A DNA stretch of 64,000 nt from Mizuhopecten yessoensis (Eukaryota): NCBI RefSeq assembly GCF_002113885.1, contig NW_018408898.1:167290-231289 (forward strand). The letters run 5' to 3'. The notes under the pieces are model-generated. The model had not been told where the DNA came from, did no database searches, and was given only the letters and a program-made list of their open reading frames with translations. The position numbers and the translations under genes were made by a program. Shown here piece after piece: positions 1 to 13,632 of the stretch; position 1 is the stretch's first letter, and the number at the start of each line of letters is the position of its first letter.

Positions 1-2716
1 CTACGTTATCGCAGCTAGATTAAAAATGTCAAAATGACGGACCAGGATGAATAACTGAGGAAGGAGAACCTACTTCTAGTAAATAGGATCGCATAACACT
101 TTTTTTTTAAATCGTAATTTTTCAACAGTTCATGTTTTCATATGATGTTGACTTAGAATGTATGATCATGTAACAACCTTTTCTCTATAAAGAATAAATT
201 TTCGACTTCAGATAGAATCGGAATACGTATTGAAAACAGGGGAAAAAATATTTGATTACGTTATAAAAATGGCGCGTGCTGCCGATAACTACGGCTTCTG
301 TTTCGGACCAAAGGAACTGATTAAAGAAAAGTTGTCTCAGCATAAAAAGGTCCATTTAAAAGTATGCTTTAATCTCTGTAAAGTATTGAAAAAATATAAT
401 TATCAAGTATCTCAACACGTTCCTTATTGACACATATTCTACATGTACACGTAGTGGTTTTGCCATACAGTTTATTGTGTGTGATGGTTAATATGACTTC
501 CTAAATGTTAGCGTTTGGAGACAGTGAAAGTGGGAAAGAGAGTATACATAGATTTATATTCATGGTCTAGAAAAAAAATGGCCAAAGACATTGAGTTGTT
601 TAATGTAATAAATAAATTCACAAACGTTTCCTTTTTATATTCGCGTGTAGTTTGTCATTGCATATATGCACTTTATGTAAACATTTGAAAAGGGATATTC
701 GTCTCGTGAATATTCCTTTTTACAGAAAGGTTTGTCCCATTGTTGAGGGAGTGTTTAGCCCCGTACCACCTGTACCGGTCACGGGAGAAGGCTGTGATAA
801 ATTGTAAAAACTTGTGCCCCATCCTTTGTTTAATTTTATTGGCAACAGATTTATGTTAAAAGCTAAATAAATTTAAATTCTTAATATTGGCAAGTGTGCA
901 ATTAACTTCTGATGATGAATAATTACTGTTCAATAAGTTTGAATACGGAATTAGAAATCATATAACTTGGTTTCATAGTGCGGTAAGAAGTTGCAGTTGC
1001 CTGACGGCCCCTCTCTGAGGGCCCCTTTGTAAACCGTTTCATCTCGCTCGCACCCACTTGTGTTTGCTGCCTAATCAGGTGACGTTATCGGCGCTATTTT
1101 TAGCCGGGCTTTCCCGAACAATTCAAGTGGTCAAACTGGACATTTGGAACGGACTATGAATATGGGGATAGCGAGGTGACATAAGTGGAAGTGCATACAA
1201 TACATACATTCATTAAAAAAAAACCGCCTTTTCACGTGATGTCCCTTTAAGGACCGTGTAGCTTTCGCGTTTTTACACCTATTTTAGATAGATAACTCGA
1301 AATAGTTTTTTATCATCTAAATGTTATCCAAACTTCTTCAGAAAAATACTGCGTGCGCATGCTCCTTGTGTACAACTTCACAGAATGACGCATTTGGTAC
1401 CTTTGCCCACTTACACTATGGTAACAAATAGCAAATTTCAACAGTCTCTAAAATCCTTATTTTTGGACCAATTTCGTTAAACCGGCCATCACAGGCCCAG
1501 GCGGCCGAGGCCTTCCCTGGCCTCTCTCTCCAAAGGCTCACATTCTCGAACCTCGAATCCCGTCTCTCCACTCTTAGACACCATATGCAATTCTCCCCAA
1601 GTGCTTTTAAAAATCTATACAAAATTAACTATTCATGAGTAAGTACCACCTATTGTACATAAGTAATGAGGCACGTGCAGCAATTTAATATAACTTCTAA
1701 TCTAACTCCTATGCTAACTTTTCCCTTCCAAAACAAATACTAGATGCATGTACCATATGGCAATGACAGTTACACCTGTCTGTTTTGGAGAGTTAAAACT
1801 CTCGTTCCTACAAATTGTATCTCTATGTCGGTCCTCACAGCTTTTCCTAGCAAACTTGTAAGTTTCCGCACACAACAAGTTTTGCTGCATCTTAGAAAAC
1901 TGAGCTTCTGAAGTATCGTTAATTTTATTTTCGAATGTATCCAAGTTGTTGGAAATAAGAGCGTCCATTCCGGAAACTATATCATCCACAGCCGCTTTTA
2001 GCTGTATAGGGTTCATGACTAAGAAACAATAACGCTAAAAAATAAGGTGAACCGTGCAGTTCGGCAACACCTGTTTACCCGATACCTGTCAACCACTGTG
2101 ACGTCACAACACGTGCAACACTTGCTACTCGGTGCCGAATGAGACTAATTATTCCCGCTTTACTCGCGAACCGCGGGAATAAACTTACTGTTTAAAGGGA
2201 CGTAACTCGAGTTAACTTCGATGTCATTTCGCGGGAGAGCGCTATTTTAATTGTGGTTTGGTTTGGTTTGGTTTGGTTTGTTTGTGCTCAAATTCTATTT
2301 ACAGCTATGGTCGAGGAGGAAAACACCGGAGTTAAAAAGGAACCTTCTACCAGTTCCGTGGCAAGTTACAACTGCTCTTATACTTACAATGATCCTTATG
2401 TAAGAAACGATGCATAAAAACCAGGTGTTAAATACTATTTTAAATACTGCATGTGTTCCAGATTCTTGGAAGATTGGTGTAATTGAATATATTTTTTTAT
2501 AGAAATAAAACAGATCCCAAAGACTTGGACCATTATAGGGCTGTAAGTCTATCTCCCTGATAGTTTTACTTGTCTATATTCATAATCGTTTGAACAAGCC
2601 GGCCGATAAACTAACCATATTATTGGTACTCAAGCAGGTTACTGATGATAATAGATATCAATTTATTTTTCTATTTGTACAACATCTGCATTGTATCTCT
2701 CATATGTATTTAGGTA

Positions 2717-2850
2717 TTAACTTTCTATTTAGTTTAGGTTATCGGGTTGTAACTACAATGGGACTCGGGTAATTGGAAGCCGATTATGATTAATATATAC
2801 GAGTTCCAGTGTAGTTATCACCCAATAACCTAAACTAAATAGAAAGTTAG
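2717..2850. repeat. Palindrome / MITE-like inverted repeat
   Basis: taactttctatttagtttaggttatcggg near 2718 is the near-perfect reverse complement of cccaataacctaaactaaatagaaagtta near 2821. Confidence 0.8.
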
Positions 2851-3049
2851 TCCTTACATTTGTAGTCTTTTTCTTTAATATTACATAAAACGCGTTCTTT
2901 TAACAATATATTCCGCGGGAGGATTACAAGCATCCCATTCAAACCCGATGTATGATACGGTTACGCTTCGCGCCACGCTTCGGACATCCTTGATATCCAG
3001 GGGTTACGTTCACTGTCGCTCTCTGCACCCTTGGAATTTGTCATAGCAA

Positions 3050-6000
3050 AATTAAAGGCTCGGTGCGCGCCACCTTGTTGATGAGACAAGAAGACTAGTT
3101 TGATCTTGTGATGTACATCAAAAGAATCTCGCGGTCATGTAACGGTAAAAATTGAAAGGCTTCGTTGCATTTTCCGATGTCTGACGTAATCTCTCATATG
3201 CTCGCGATGTGTCCAGACACGATTTGAGTGTGCATGATATAGGGTAATGATCACAGACATGTGGCGGTAGTGAATCATGGCGTATCGTCCTCTGTGGCCA
3301 ATGGGGCAGTCCTTTTGAGTAAAGAACATAATCAATAGTTGAGTTATCCTTCCCTTTCGGATGTATGGAAGTTCCTTGCATCTGTTGCCTCGTAGGAGAG
3401 GTCGTGATCAGTGATGAATCCTTTCAGAGCAGCTGTTCGTATTGACGACAAACCCTTAGTGATAGTAGTGTTACGGTCTCCCGCCACAATGATCTCACAA
3501 CAATATTTGTATATGTCCAAGATTTCGGATAGCTGGTCAGGTGTGTCTTGAAATTCCTCATCACAGTTTGTATTCACTCTACACGGCATGTAGACGTTAA
3601 CGACAATAGATAGGTGAAGCTGTCACTCTAATGACTTGAGTTCTGTTGTAACCATCGTTGTACCAGCTGGTCAATGTTGGAGTTCCATAGGATTGCTACA
3701 CCTCCCTATCCCCGGGGCTTCTGTACTGGTGAAATAGGGTTGCCCTATCGACGGCTTTACCAGCATATCTTCAGTTTGCATCACAATGAGATAGTTTATC
3801 GAGTTCAAAATCAAAAAGTCAGTGTTACTGAATCAACATGATTGTAGAGATTTTAGCTAACTAAGCTATGGTATGTTGGCTTATATTGAGGTTTTTACAG
3901 TTATACGACGTTGTGTATATAGTGCCAGAGTCACATTATTGACGTCTGTTAAATGTGTGTTCGTACAGTCATGGCCTGTGCCAAAAAACGGATATGAGCT
4001 TCCTGGTCACTCGTTTGTTCTAGGGTGTTGTCCAGAACACTAGAGATGTTACGGTGACCATTGCAGCTACTCAAAGTTGTTGGTGTACATTAGGATTTTT
4101 GTTCATCATTAGTATTAATGCTTGGAACATCGCTGTTAAATGCTGTCCGGCATAATAGGCATGCGGATGGTGTAAATGTAAGGTATGCTGTTGAGCATAA
4201 CCAAATCCTGTAAATCCTACATGATGACTTGCAGTGTCTAGGTCGTGCGCTATATCAACTATCTATGTTGGAATGTCTTGGCACATTGCTAGTCATCTGT
4301 GAGCCAGTATTATCAGGTCGGCTAAGTCCTTGTGTGTAGGGTACTTGGTAAAGAGTGGATACGGCATGGGGGTGGCGAGCCAAACAGTCCTCGCTAACTG
4401 ATAATTCCTGTGTATTTTTATGTGCTTGTGTTGAGCTCGTTGGGTGCTCTGGTGCTGCTACAACATTGTCCATAACGGCCGAAATGAGTTTTTGTTCTAA
4501 TGTTGATAGTCTATATTGCATGGTAGTAATTTCAAGGGCCATAACTTGATCCCGTAAATTGTTTAGAATATCTCTGCTGTTATTCAGGGGTGATTGGACA
4601 CCGTTAGACAGTTGTTCATAGAGAGCATGGTGATGGTTGAGATTGTAGGTTACATAGATGCTTTGTTTTCGGCCTCTGATATGTCACCTTCCATCATGGC
4701 AGTTTGTCTCCTCAGTATGTTTATAGTGTTGTTCTGCTTCTTATGTTTTGTTTCCAGACGAAATATCATAGGTTCAGCCTTCGCAAGCTCTTTCGTTTTA
4801 TCCATCAGACTGGCTTCCCTAAGCTTAATATCGTCCTCCCATTTCCTTAGTTTCAATTCCTTTTGTTTGAGCTCTTTGTTGGTTATTGACTTATTATCGT
4901 TAGATCCCATTTTTCCATCAGTTCGGCTGGTGTGTGATCATGTTAGTATCTTTTCCTGCGCTGTCAACGTTGTGGTTCGTAACGTAGTCTCAAAAGGGTT
5001 ACATGTATATTTAGCCCCCACTTGATCTGATATTAGGCACCGGGTATGGCATCTAGTCAAGCAGCTGTCACTGTCACAGACGTTTCCCTCATTACCAGTC
5101 AATATGTCCCCACAATAACAAGCATCCTGCGGACGATATTGTTCAATATGATTTTGGTTCGAATTTAATTGCTGAAGTGCAAGTGTGGTCGCTTGGGTTT
5201 TGGGCGATGAAACATGAATAGTATCATTGATAGCTGGGGCGATTTGTGAAGTGCCTAATTTAGCTGGTGATTCCATATTAATGTTCGAGCTTGATTTTGT
5301 ACCCTGCGTATTTTTCCAATATAACTGTTCAGTTCATTCAAGTTGGGTATAGCATCCACTTTCTTTAGAATACCCCTTAGGTTATTGCTGACAAAGTCCA
5401 TATTTTTAGACCCATTGATACCAACAGTAGATGTTGAGTGGAACATGTTGGTAGGGTTAAGCTGTCTCCCATATGGAGCTCCGTTTGATAAATGGAGAGT
5501 GTTTGGTCCTTAGCCTTCGATTTCTCCTTTTTATCTGTAGCCTGATAATATTTGCCCGAATTTTCCAAGAATTCATATAATGCGACTTTGAATATCGCGT
5601 ATGCTGCAGCTTAAAACTTGATTACAAGTGTCCCGCTTTTGTTTACAATCTCAATATGATGCTGTCTCATTGTCGCCTCAATGGGGTTTTTCAGTAACTT
5701 TTGTCCATCGAGGGAGAAAGGGGCTTCGATTGTTTTAGATGGTGCCACTGCTGTTGATTTATTTGTCAAGCTGTTTGTAGGAGTGAAGATATTAGTTGGT
5801 TTTCTCAGCCTTGTAGATCTGACTATGGAGGCTGCCATTTTCTAAAATGGCGGCAAGACTTCTTCCGCTCGATCCAACAACGAGGAAACAAAATGGCGAT
5901 ACGCTTTAGATTGAAACACTCATGCAGGATTGTGTGGAACAGCCGCTTCAATTTTTATGAATTACAATAAGTTCAATATGATAGTTCAGCAAAATAATAG

Positions 6001-6070
6001 AATATATACACAGCTACACACAAAAATCAAATTAAAAGTTAATACCTGTAGATTGCATTTAGCCGTGACG
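3050..6070 (-). mobile_element. Degraded, 3'-truncated non-LTR retrotransposon (CR1/L2-group-like): ORF1 plus APE endonuclease
   Basis: ORF1 pieces 5838-4255 contain a PHD-like Cys/His cluster (CYC..C..C..CH..C..C) and a coiled coil. Endonuclease motifs VNVYMPCR, IIVAGD, STIDYVL and CDHYPI are spread over broken frames. No RT domain. Confidence 0.75.
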
Positions 6071-8511
6071 TCACCAGGCCGGTCAAAACCACGCTATGGT
6101 GACAATTTTACTGATAAAAAGTACTTCTTATGATTTTTGCTGGTAATTAGAAAACACCGTTCTATCAAAGGTATCGGATGTTTAAGTTTACTATGATGAA
6201 TTATTGTTGGAGATTCTCTAACCCTAGTGAGAGAGTATTCAAACTGTTGTCCAGCGAAAACCAGCGAATTCTAACAATTTTTAGCTGTAGCTATAGCAGC
6301 ACGTGAAGATACTCCAAATGCATGCGTTTCAGTGTAAATTATGGGAATTTTAGGGCATTTTCGTGGGACGTATATTGGATTTATGTAGGTGCTATTCTGA
6401 CGTTTAGGAAAGGGATTGATATATAGAATTTGTCAATGATTACTTATTTGTACTTTATTATTGCCAGTTCTACATTGGAAGATTATGACTTCTCTACCAT
6501 TTAGATTCTTCTACAAGTGAAAACTGTGTTGAGTAAGCTGATATTATTATGTCATTCGTCTGACCCTGTGGTCAGTTGCCCTATTCCATCTGGATCTATT
6601 TGGAAAGGATATTTCTTTATTATAAGTCGACATTCGTTCGACAGACGATAACCATGATGTTTATTTCAATCAGTCAAATCCACCAATCGATCGACATCGC
6701 TCGTTCACACATGAAATCAGTATTTGACATATTTACAAACACTATTGCAATTCACTTTTGCGGTAAATTCAGCGGAGCATTCTAACCACGAGTTTGACAG
6801 GTTGTAAGTAGATTTAAAGGTTAAATAGTTTTTTAATCCGCTAGCATATCTTCAACTACATATAAAATAAAATACGGGTACCCTCATTCGACAAATGAAA
6901 CCAGTCCCGTGACTCGCTTGTGCGATGAAGCTTTTTGGAAGAGCTATAGTCTGTTGGAAAATAATACACGCTCGCCCATGGTATATCGTCCAATAATCCA
7001 AGGAGGTTACCCAATGGAAAGTGTCGTTACATCGCAGACGTGGTAGGATTTGAAATATAGCAAATAACCTCAAAATTCACTTCACGAGTCTTTAAACGTA
7101 TGATTTTGATAGTATATCTTTACAAACGATATCCTCGCAATTATTATTAATGAAATGTTTCGGGGTTAATTTTTCATAATTTTTCATGATTTTGTTAGAT
7201 ATGCAAATGAGACCAATGATTCAAATCTGTAATTAGAAATCGGAGCCATGAAACTATTTAGAGTCTGTAATTAGAGATCAGCACCTCAAAACTTTTTGGA
7301 TTAAAACCTGTACTCACAGATTGGGACTATGGAAGCGAAAAATTAGGTTCTTCAGTTGTATATGAAATGAGATGTAAAACAATGAGTGTACAGGTACATA
7401 TGACACATACAAACGATTTATACAATGTTCAGAATGTGTTAAACGAAAACTCGACTTCTTGTAACAAAACAGACAAATAATTGAAACTGCTAATTGAATA
7501 ATTGCACTTGGGTAATTGATTAATTGAAATCATTTATGACAGTTTAACAGTTACACTTGGATAATTGATCAATGAAAACCATTCATGATGCGCTGAAGGC
7601 CAGTCTGAACTGGGGGTGTTTGATAATGGAAATCTAAAGTGATGTTCATAGGAAAGTCGTGGATACATTTGCTACGTCGCTGTACTAAGTACAATTGTAA
7701 ATAGTCTCATAAGCTGCAAGTCGTTTGGGTTATGAAATTCTGAGAAAAAGCACAACCCCGTTTCGGAATTACAAACATTATTGTTTGGAAACCGTGTTGT
7801 CTTCGTCTTATTAACTCACTAACGTATGGTGATACAGTCTCTCGATATCGCGAGTTCGTTGTTACGGGTCTTTTCCAGGCTTCAGTAACTCGATATTGCA
7901 TGTTCATTGATACGGGTCATTTTCATACCATAGCAGACGAGTTATGAGGTCACGTGTCATCGATACAAGGTACAACTTAATCATAAAATTCAGTTTAACA
8001 AAATTAGGATAGCAACTATATACGTACCGAACTTATATATACAAACATGGTCATTAGTCTCCCAGGCTTTAATCAAATATGTTATGTATTCATTATAAGA
8101 TAATTCAATAATTAACCTTATAACGTTCTGTAAACATGAGTTTATAATCTCTGGCTTGATACACCACCCGATGTAACAAAAAAATGCATTATAAATATAA
8201 ACATGTATCGAAATAATAAACAAGATTATATTCTATATATATATTTATATTTATAATATTTTGATATAGTTATCTGCATGGCATTCCTGACTGCATTACT
8301 AACTAATTGGAGATTCTGAATCATTATAAATTTATCGTTGAGTTTTCTTATGATCTAGGATTTCACAGATTTATACATCCTGCTATTCCTTCTGGAACCA
8401 AGATTTTATACCTATCAAAATAAATATTACAGAGGCCGATATGTGACCAACCGTTGTAGAATAAGACCGGAAAGTAATAATTTGATATTTAAAACGTCCT
8501 TTTCCCATAAG

Positions 8512-10563
8512 TCAATTACAGGAACAAAGGTATGGTGGACAGAAACTAGGGTCATGATTACAGTTAGTATTGCACCATTTATCTTCCGCGTTAACAGCAA
8601 TAGATACACAGGAACGTTTAGTTTTTGGGTGCGCGGTTGTTGTTGTAGTTGTATCTGTCGTTGATTCTGTTGGCACGGTTGTTGTTGTAGTTGTACCTGT
8701 CGTTGATTCTGTTGGCACGGTTGTTGTTTTATTTGAATCTGTAGTTGAATCTGTTGGCGCGGTTGTTGTTTTATTTGAATTTGTAGTTGATTCTGTTGGC
8801 GCGGCTGTTGTTTTAGTTGTAGATGCTGTAGAAGATGTTGTCAACAAAGTAGATGTCTTTGGAGTCGATGCCTCATTAGTTACCCCTGAACTTGAGATAG
8901 CGATATCTGAACAACCGTAGAACTCCTCCTGTGGCCCACATCCTAAACAGGATCCTTGATCGTCTGTTCCCCAACTATTTCCTGAAATACAATATATATA
9001 TTTATGATTAAATTACTATTTTATAATGACACTGTGGCAGAACTGGACAGGATCTTTCTCCGGCGACCAGGTACTAGCATTGAGAGTACGCTCAGAAAAG
9101 GGATACCCGAACCTGGGTTGTAAATAGTGTTGTGCGAAGACCTAGAAAAAGGAGGGAGGAATGTAGCTGAACTAGACAGGGTCGTTTTCCAGCGACCAGG
9201 TAGCTCAGTTGGTAGAAAGTCCATCTCGAGTTCGGAGGGTCATGGGTTCGAATCCCAGTCTTGCAGTGCATTTTTCTTCTATTACAACACTTTTTAAATA
9301 AAAATTAAAGTATCAATTCATTTATAATCTAATTACAGAACAATATGTTTAGACAACTCAAGCATATGGATGCGGATCATCGTTTCTTTTGCGAATATCT
9401 ATGATATATGTCCTTACCTGTCTTATATCTCCACTGTAACACACATTGGGAACATGTGACATTTTTTGGGAGTTTAACTCTGGTGACAATGTCACCCGTC
9501 CTATCGCCAAAATAACGTTTCGTCTCCCCTGTCTCTGGATTTACAAGTAGGTGCTTCAGACATTTCTTTGTAATCGTTTTTGTGACGTCGTTATTTTCGC
9601 AGAGACGGAATTCGAAAAAGCCAAGGTGGTTCATTGTTATTCGGACGGTGATGTCAATGGTAGAACCAGCGGTGTAATATTTTGAGATGGTCCCCGTTGC
9701 GTATTTTCCTCCAGCCTCGTTATCCCTTGGCGCTGGCTGATCATACGGATCCCCACACATACCGCACTTCCCACCTAAATACTTCTGGTGCTTAAATAGG
9801 AAAAAGAGATTCATAACAAATACACAGGTGATTGTACCTTTAACATTCGGTATTAAATACAGTATGCCAAAAATGAACTACACTGCATCATACAGCTGAA
9901 AAACTATATACATAAGACTTTTTACAGATTCTGTATATCATGTGTTTGTTTGATTAAAACTTTGTACACTAGATTCCTTCTCATATATTGATAGCCTAAT
10001 GACATACAGTGTACCTAATGACATACAGTGTAATATGGCATTTATAAAGAACCAGAAGCATTTAAGTGTAACACGAATAATGACAGAAATGACAATTTAA
10101 TTTCGTTATCACTTTAGACCTCCCTATGTTTATGCCGGGTTCATTTAATCCACACAGAAGCGTCAAAATTGAATATACAATATGTCAAACGTCATAGACA
10201 TACTTACATATATATTATTAGCTGTTATTAAAGCATATAAGTGTTTTGTAATGCTGACTCAAAACATAGCGTCTATGATGCAATAACGGATTTTAATTAA
10301 AATCCATAAATACGGGTCTTTAAATGCTAAAGAATAAATCATTAATGAATTAATGAAAAAATGAATAAAATTGAAAAGATAAGATTACTTACCAGGAATC
10401 CACCACAATTTTGGTCGTTGTCACTGTAATTTATCATTGCATTGAAGCCGAATCTCCACATGCTGTTTCTGCCAGGGGGGTCTGTAAGGTAGGCGTGCCC
10501 ATGAACGGCGCCGAGTAGTGTGTTTAGTATGTACAACACGACAGACATATGAAGCAAATGCAT
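8512..10563 (-). CDS. AA15-family lytic polysaccharide monooxygenase (chitin-binding type-4 / LPMO domain) with Thr-rich linker and C-terminal six-Cys module; 3 exons, 337 aa
   Basis: Exons 10563-10393, 9790-9418 and 8981-8512 with GT-AG boundaries. Signal peptide ends AVHG, then His1 (HAYLTDPPGRNSMWR). Also NCGGF, GKCGMCGDP, second His in TMNHLGFFEFRLC, CSQCVLQWRY, GNSWG and GCGPQEEFYGCSDI. Confidence 0.92.
9194..9280 (+). mobile_element. tRNA-derived SINE / tRNA-like element in LPMO intron 2
   Basis: A box TAGCTCAGTTGG, B box GGTTCGAATCC and a T-run downstream. Related heads (ccaggtagctca.ttg) on the - strand at about 36769-36788 and 62667-62738. Confidence 0.6.
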
Positions 10564-10595
10564 CCTTAATAGTCTCCTGGGAAACCTACCACTGG

Positions 10596-10603
10596 TATTT
10601 ATA
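10596..10603 (-). promoter_or_regulatory. Candidate TATA box of the LPMO gene
   Basis: TATAAATA on the - strand, about 33 bp upstream of the ATG. Confidence 0.35.
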
Positions 10604-11712
10604 TGATGAGTTGAGGAATTGGTATCACTCCGTTATGACGTACGTGATATTGTTCCGACCATAGCTATACCAGGGAAAAGGTCAATGAAACTGTCCTGGC
10701 TTGAGAACTGTCGTCAGTTGTGATGTGTATGGATACACGTGAAGGGGAACTGAACACCAGGCGAATATCTTGAACTCCTGTTTACTTTACGATGCCTGGG
10801 CGTATTTAAATATATATATATAAACTAGATACCTTTTATTTGCATAATCTATTTTACATGGTTTTCAAACAATACCAATTCGGTAGACGTTTTGAATATC
10901 ACTAAACAAATGTGTTTTTCTTGCACCCTACACAATGCTTTTGACATTAGATTTACCATTTTAAACTTTGCAAATTGATATTTGCTGTGCAAGTTTTACT
11001 GTTCAACATGGTGACAATAGTATGTGACAAAGAGGGAAATTGTACAATATTGGTATTTCATGAATTATTTTGGTCACTAGCTGGAGCACTTTTGATTTTT
11101 GACCTTGTAAAAGGCGACACAAAAAATAATAAAAACAAAAACAGAAGCACTCGGACCGGCCATGGTTGGTTGTTTAAGGAGGAGAAACGCATATGATATA
11201 CATTGGACCTACAATGAGGAAATTATATCACCCTGTACAAGATTTGTGAAAACCAAGCTAGACTGAAAGTACTTTTGTAAAAGCATCATCCTTCATTATG
11301 TTTATTGATATAAGATAGCATGTGAATGTATCTATGACTAACAGGAATGTGAGTTCAATACAACATGAGTATAACACCATACACTTAGAATCACGATTTT
11401 GTCTATGAATCCCTAGGTCAGGTCTCTACTTCAAACCAGTGTTAGTTATGCTTAATGTAAGAATTTGTGTCTCTCTTTTAACTCTGTGACACTAAGGACT
11501 TGTTATTTTATTAAAATAATATCTTAATTAACTACGATTAAATATAAAAACAATTAAACGAGATTATTGAATTAACCTCGGAATTTTAGGAGTGTCTATC
11601 CATCCAAAACCCTCCTTTATTTCCTTTATAAAGTTGAAGCTGGTTTCTTAAATCAATAAATAACTTGTTTGAGTCGCGCTTATATAATGAACTTATTGCT
11701 TAATAAAGCAAT

Positions 11713-12863
11713 ACGGCTACTGGCAACAGATCGTTACGGTGACGTCAGTCAATGACGGAGGTCCGTACACGTTTAAGATATCTGGATCCGGAGAATATTA
11801 CCTAGACCTGGGGAACACAAACCATTTCCTGAAAGTCAAGTTGGTAAAGAAAGCCGACGGTGTCGCCCTAGAGGAAGATTCGAACGTAGCTCCGACGAAT
11901 GTATTCTTACATTCGCTGTTCAATAACGTGAGCGTCAGTCTAAACGAAAGGCTGGTGTCTCCGCCCGACAATGCCTATCCGTACAGAGCGTACATCGAAA
12001 CCCTGTTAAGTCAATGGCCCGCAGCTAAAGACTTTCAACTAACAGGCGCCATGTGGTACAAAAACACCGCAGGTGAAATGGACACTCAGGGCGACGAAAA
12101 CTTGGGATACGTCGCGAGGAAAGCGATGATGGCAAGAAGTCGCACCGTCGATTTGATGGGAGAAATCCATTCGGACGTGTTTGCACAGAAACGGTAATTA
12201 GTCAACAACGTCGACGTGGAAATAAACATGTCACGCAGTAAGGACGCGTTCTGTAGCAGGCGACACGTTTAAAGCGGTCGTGCAAGATACCTGTGCCATG
12301 GAAAAAATCCCGCCAAGTATCCAGTACGGAGAATAGAAATGAAAGTGAAGTCCGTGCCTCGAGATAACACGGACTTTACCAAGGACAACCTGTTCATAGG
12401 ACAGATGCCCAAGAGGATCGTCCTGGGCATTGTCGACACGGACGCGTTTAACGGTACCGCCACTTAAAATTCTTTCAATTTCAAACACCACAAGGTCGAT
12501 TACGTGTGTCTGAATGTGGACGGGAAACAAATTCCCGCAAAGCCATTACAGCCTGACTTCACGAACGGTCAGTACCTAGACAGCTACATGAATCTCTATA
12601 CGAGCACGGGCAAAATTTACCACGACGAGGAAAACAACGTGTCTCGAGAGGAATTCGGGAAAGGATACCCCTGTTCGCATTCGACCTCACGCCCGACCTG
12701 TCGGAGATGGGCACATTTCATCTCATAAAAAGCGGAAACATGAGTCTACACCTTCATTTCAACGAGATTTTAACATCGACGGTCAACGTCATAGCGTAGG
12801 CAGTATGACAACATCATAGAAATCGACCGTAACAGACAGATTTTATTCGATTACAGCGCATGA
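11713..12863 (+). pseudogene. Decayed Polinton/Maverick major capsid protein (double jelly-roll) gene
   Basis: GPYTFKISGSGEYYLDL..NVFLHSLFNNVSVSLN..NAYPYRAYIETLLS; LFIGQMPKRIVLGIVDTDAFNG; LNVDGKQIPAKPLQPDF; NIIEIDRNRQILFDYSA* match the recalled Polinton MCP (F54H12.2-like) pattern. Interrupted by stops and frameshifts and missing the N-terminus. GC content is higher than in the flanks. Confidence 0.85.
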
Positions 12864-13127
12864 TGAATACCATTCAAATAGATTCCATCTTGAAATAAAA
12901 AGAAGAAAAAAAACCCCAAAAAATCACCTTAAGATAACAAAAAACAAACACAAAAAAACACAAAAAAACTTTAAAAACCAAACCATTAAAAAAAAAAAAA
13001 TGGGCAACAATGAGTCAGTTGGTCGCTGATGATACCCCCGAATATGATCGGGGACCCTTAGCCATGATCTTGATTGATTTGTTGAATGCCTTAGCTCGAT
13101 TAGCAAGATATTGTCAAACTGGAGACT

Positions 13128-13632
13128 GAGGACAAATAGTTGACAAATGTGAACAAATAGTGGACAAATGTGGACAAATAGTGGACAAATTGTGGACAAA
13201 TATGGACAAATAGTGGACAAATAGTGGACAAATAGTGGACAAATAGCGGACAAATAGTGGACAAAGGTGGACAAAGGTGGACAAATAGTGGACAAATATG
13301 GACAAAAGGTAAACAAATAGTGGCAAATAGTGGACAAATATCGGAGACTGGAGACTTATGACGAATGAGGACAAATAGTTGACAAATGTGAACAAATAGT
13401 GGACAAATAGTGGACAAATAGTGGACAAATAGTTGACAAATATGGACAAATAGTGGACAAATAGTGGACAAGGGTGGACAAAGGTGGACCAATATGGACA
13501 AAGGTAAACAAATGGTGGCAAATAGTGGACAAATATCAACAAAGAGGGAGTGGACAAAAAGTGAACAACTAGTGGACAAATATGACAAATATGGACAAAT
13601 GTTGACAAATGATGACAAAATAAGGACAAAAT
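13128..13632. repeat. Minisatellite, about 11-bp unit GTGGACAAATA with a higher-order duplication of about 240 bp
   Basis: Visible tandem array; the block ggagactg..gaggacaaatagttgacaaatgtgaacaaatag recurs at about 13121 and 13343-13400. Confidence 0.95.

Noticed and set aside
1-2250. Short ORFs and possible DNA-transposon ends (CCTTTAA/TTAAAGG)
   Set aside because: No recognisable protein motif or matched terminal repeats could be established.
6215-6230. CTAACCCTA as a possible telomerase RNA template near TERT
   Set aside because: A 9-mer is expected by chance in 64 kb of AT-rich DNA, and no pseudoknot or H/ACA architecture was recognisable by eye.
9194-9264. Functional tRNA gene
   Set aside because: The acceptor and anticodon stems pair poorly and degenerate relatives occur elsewhere, which is more consistent with a SINE.
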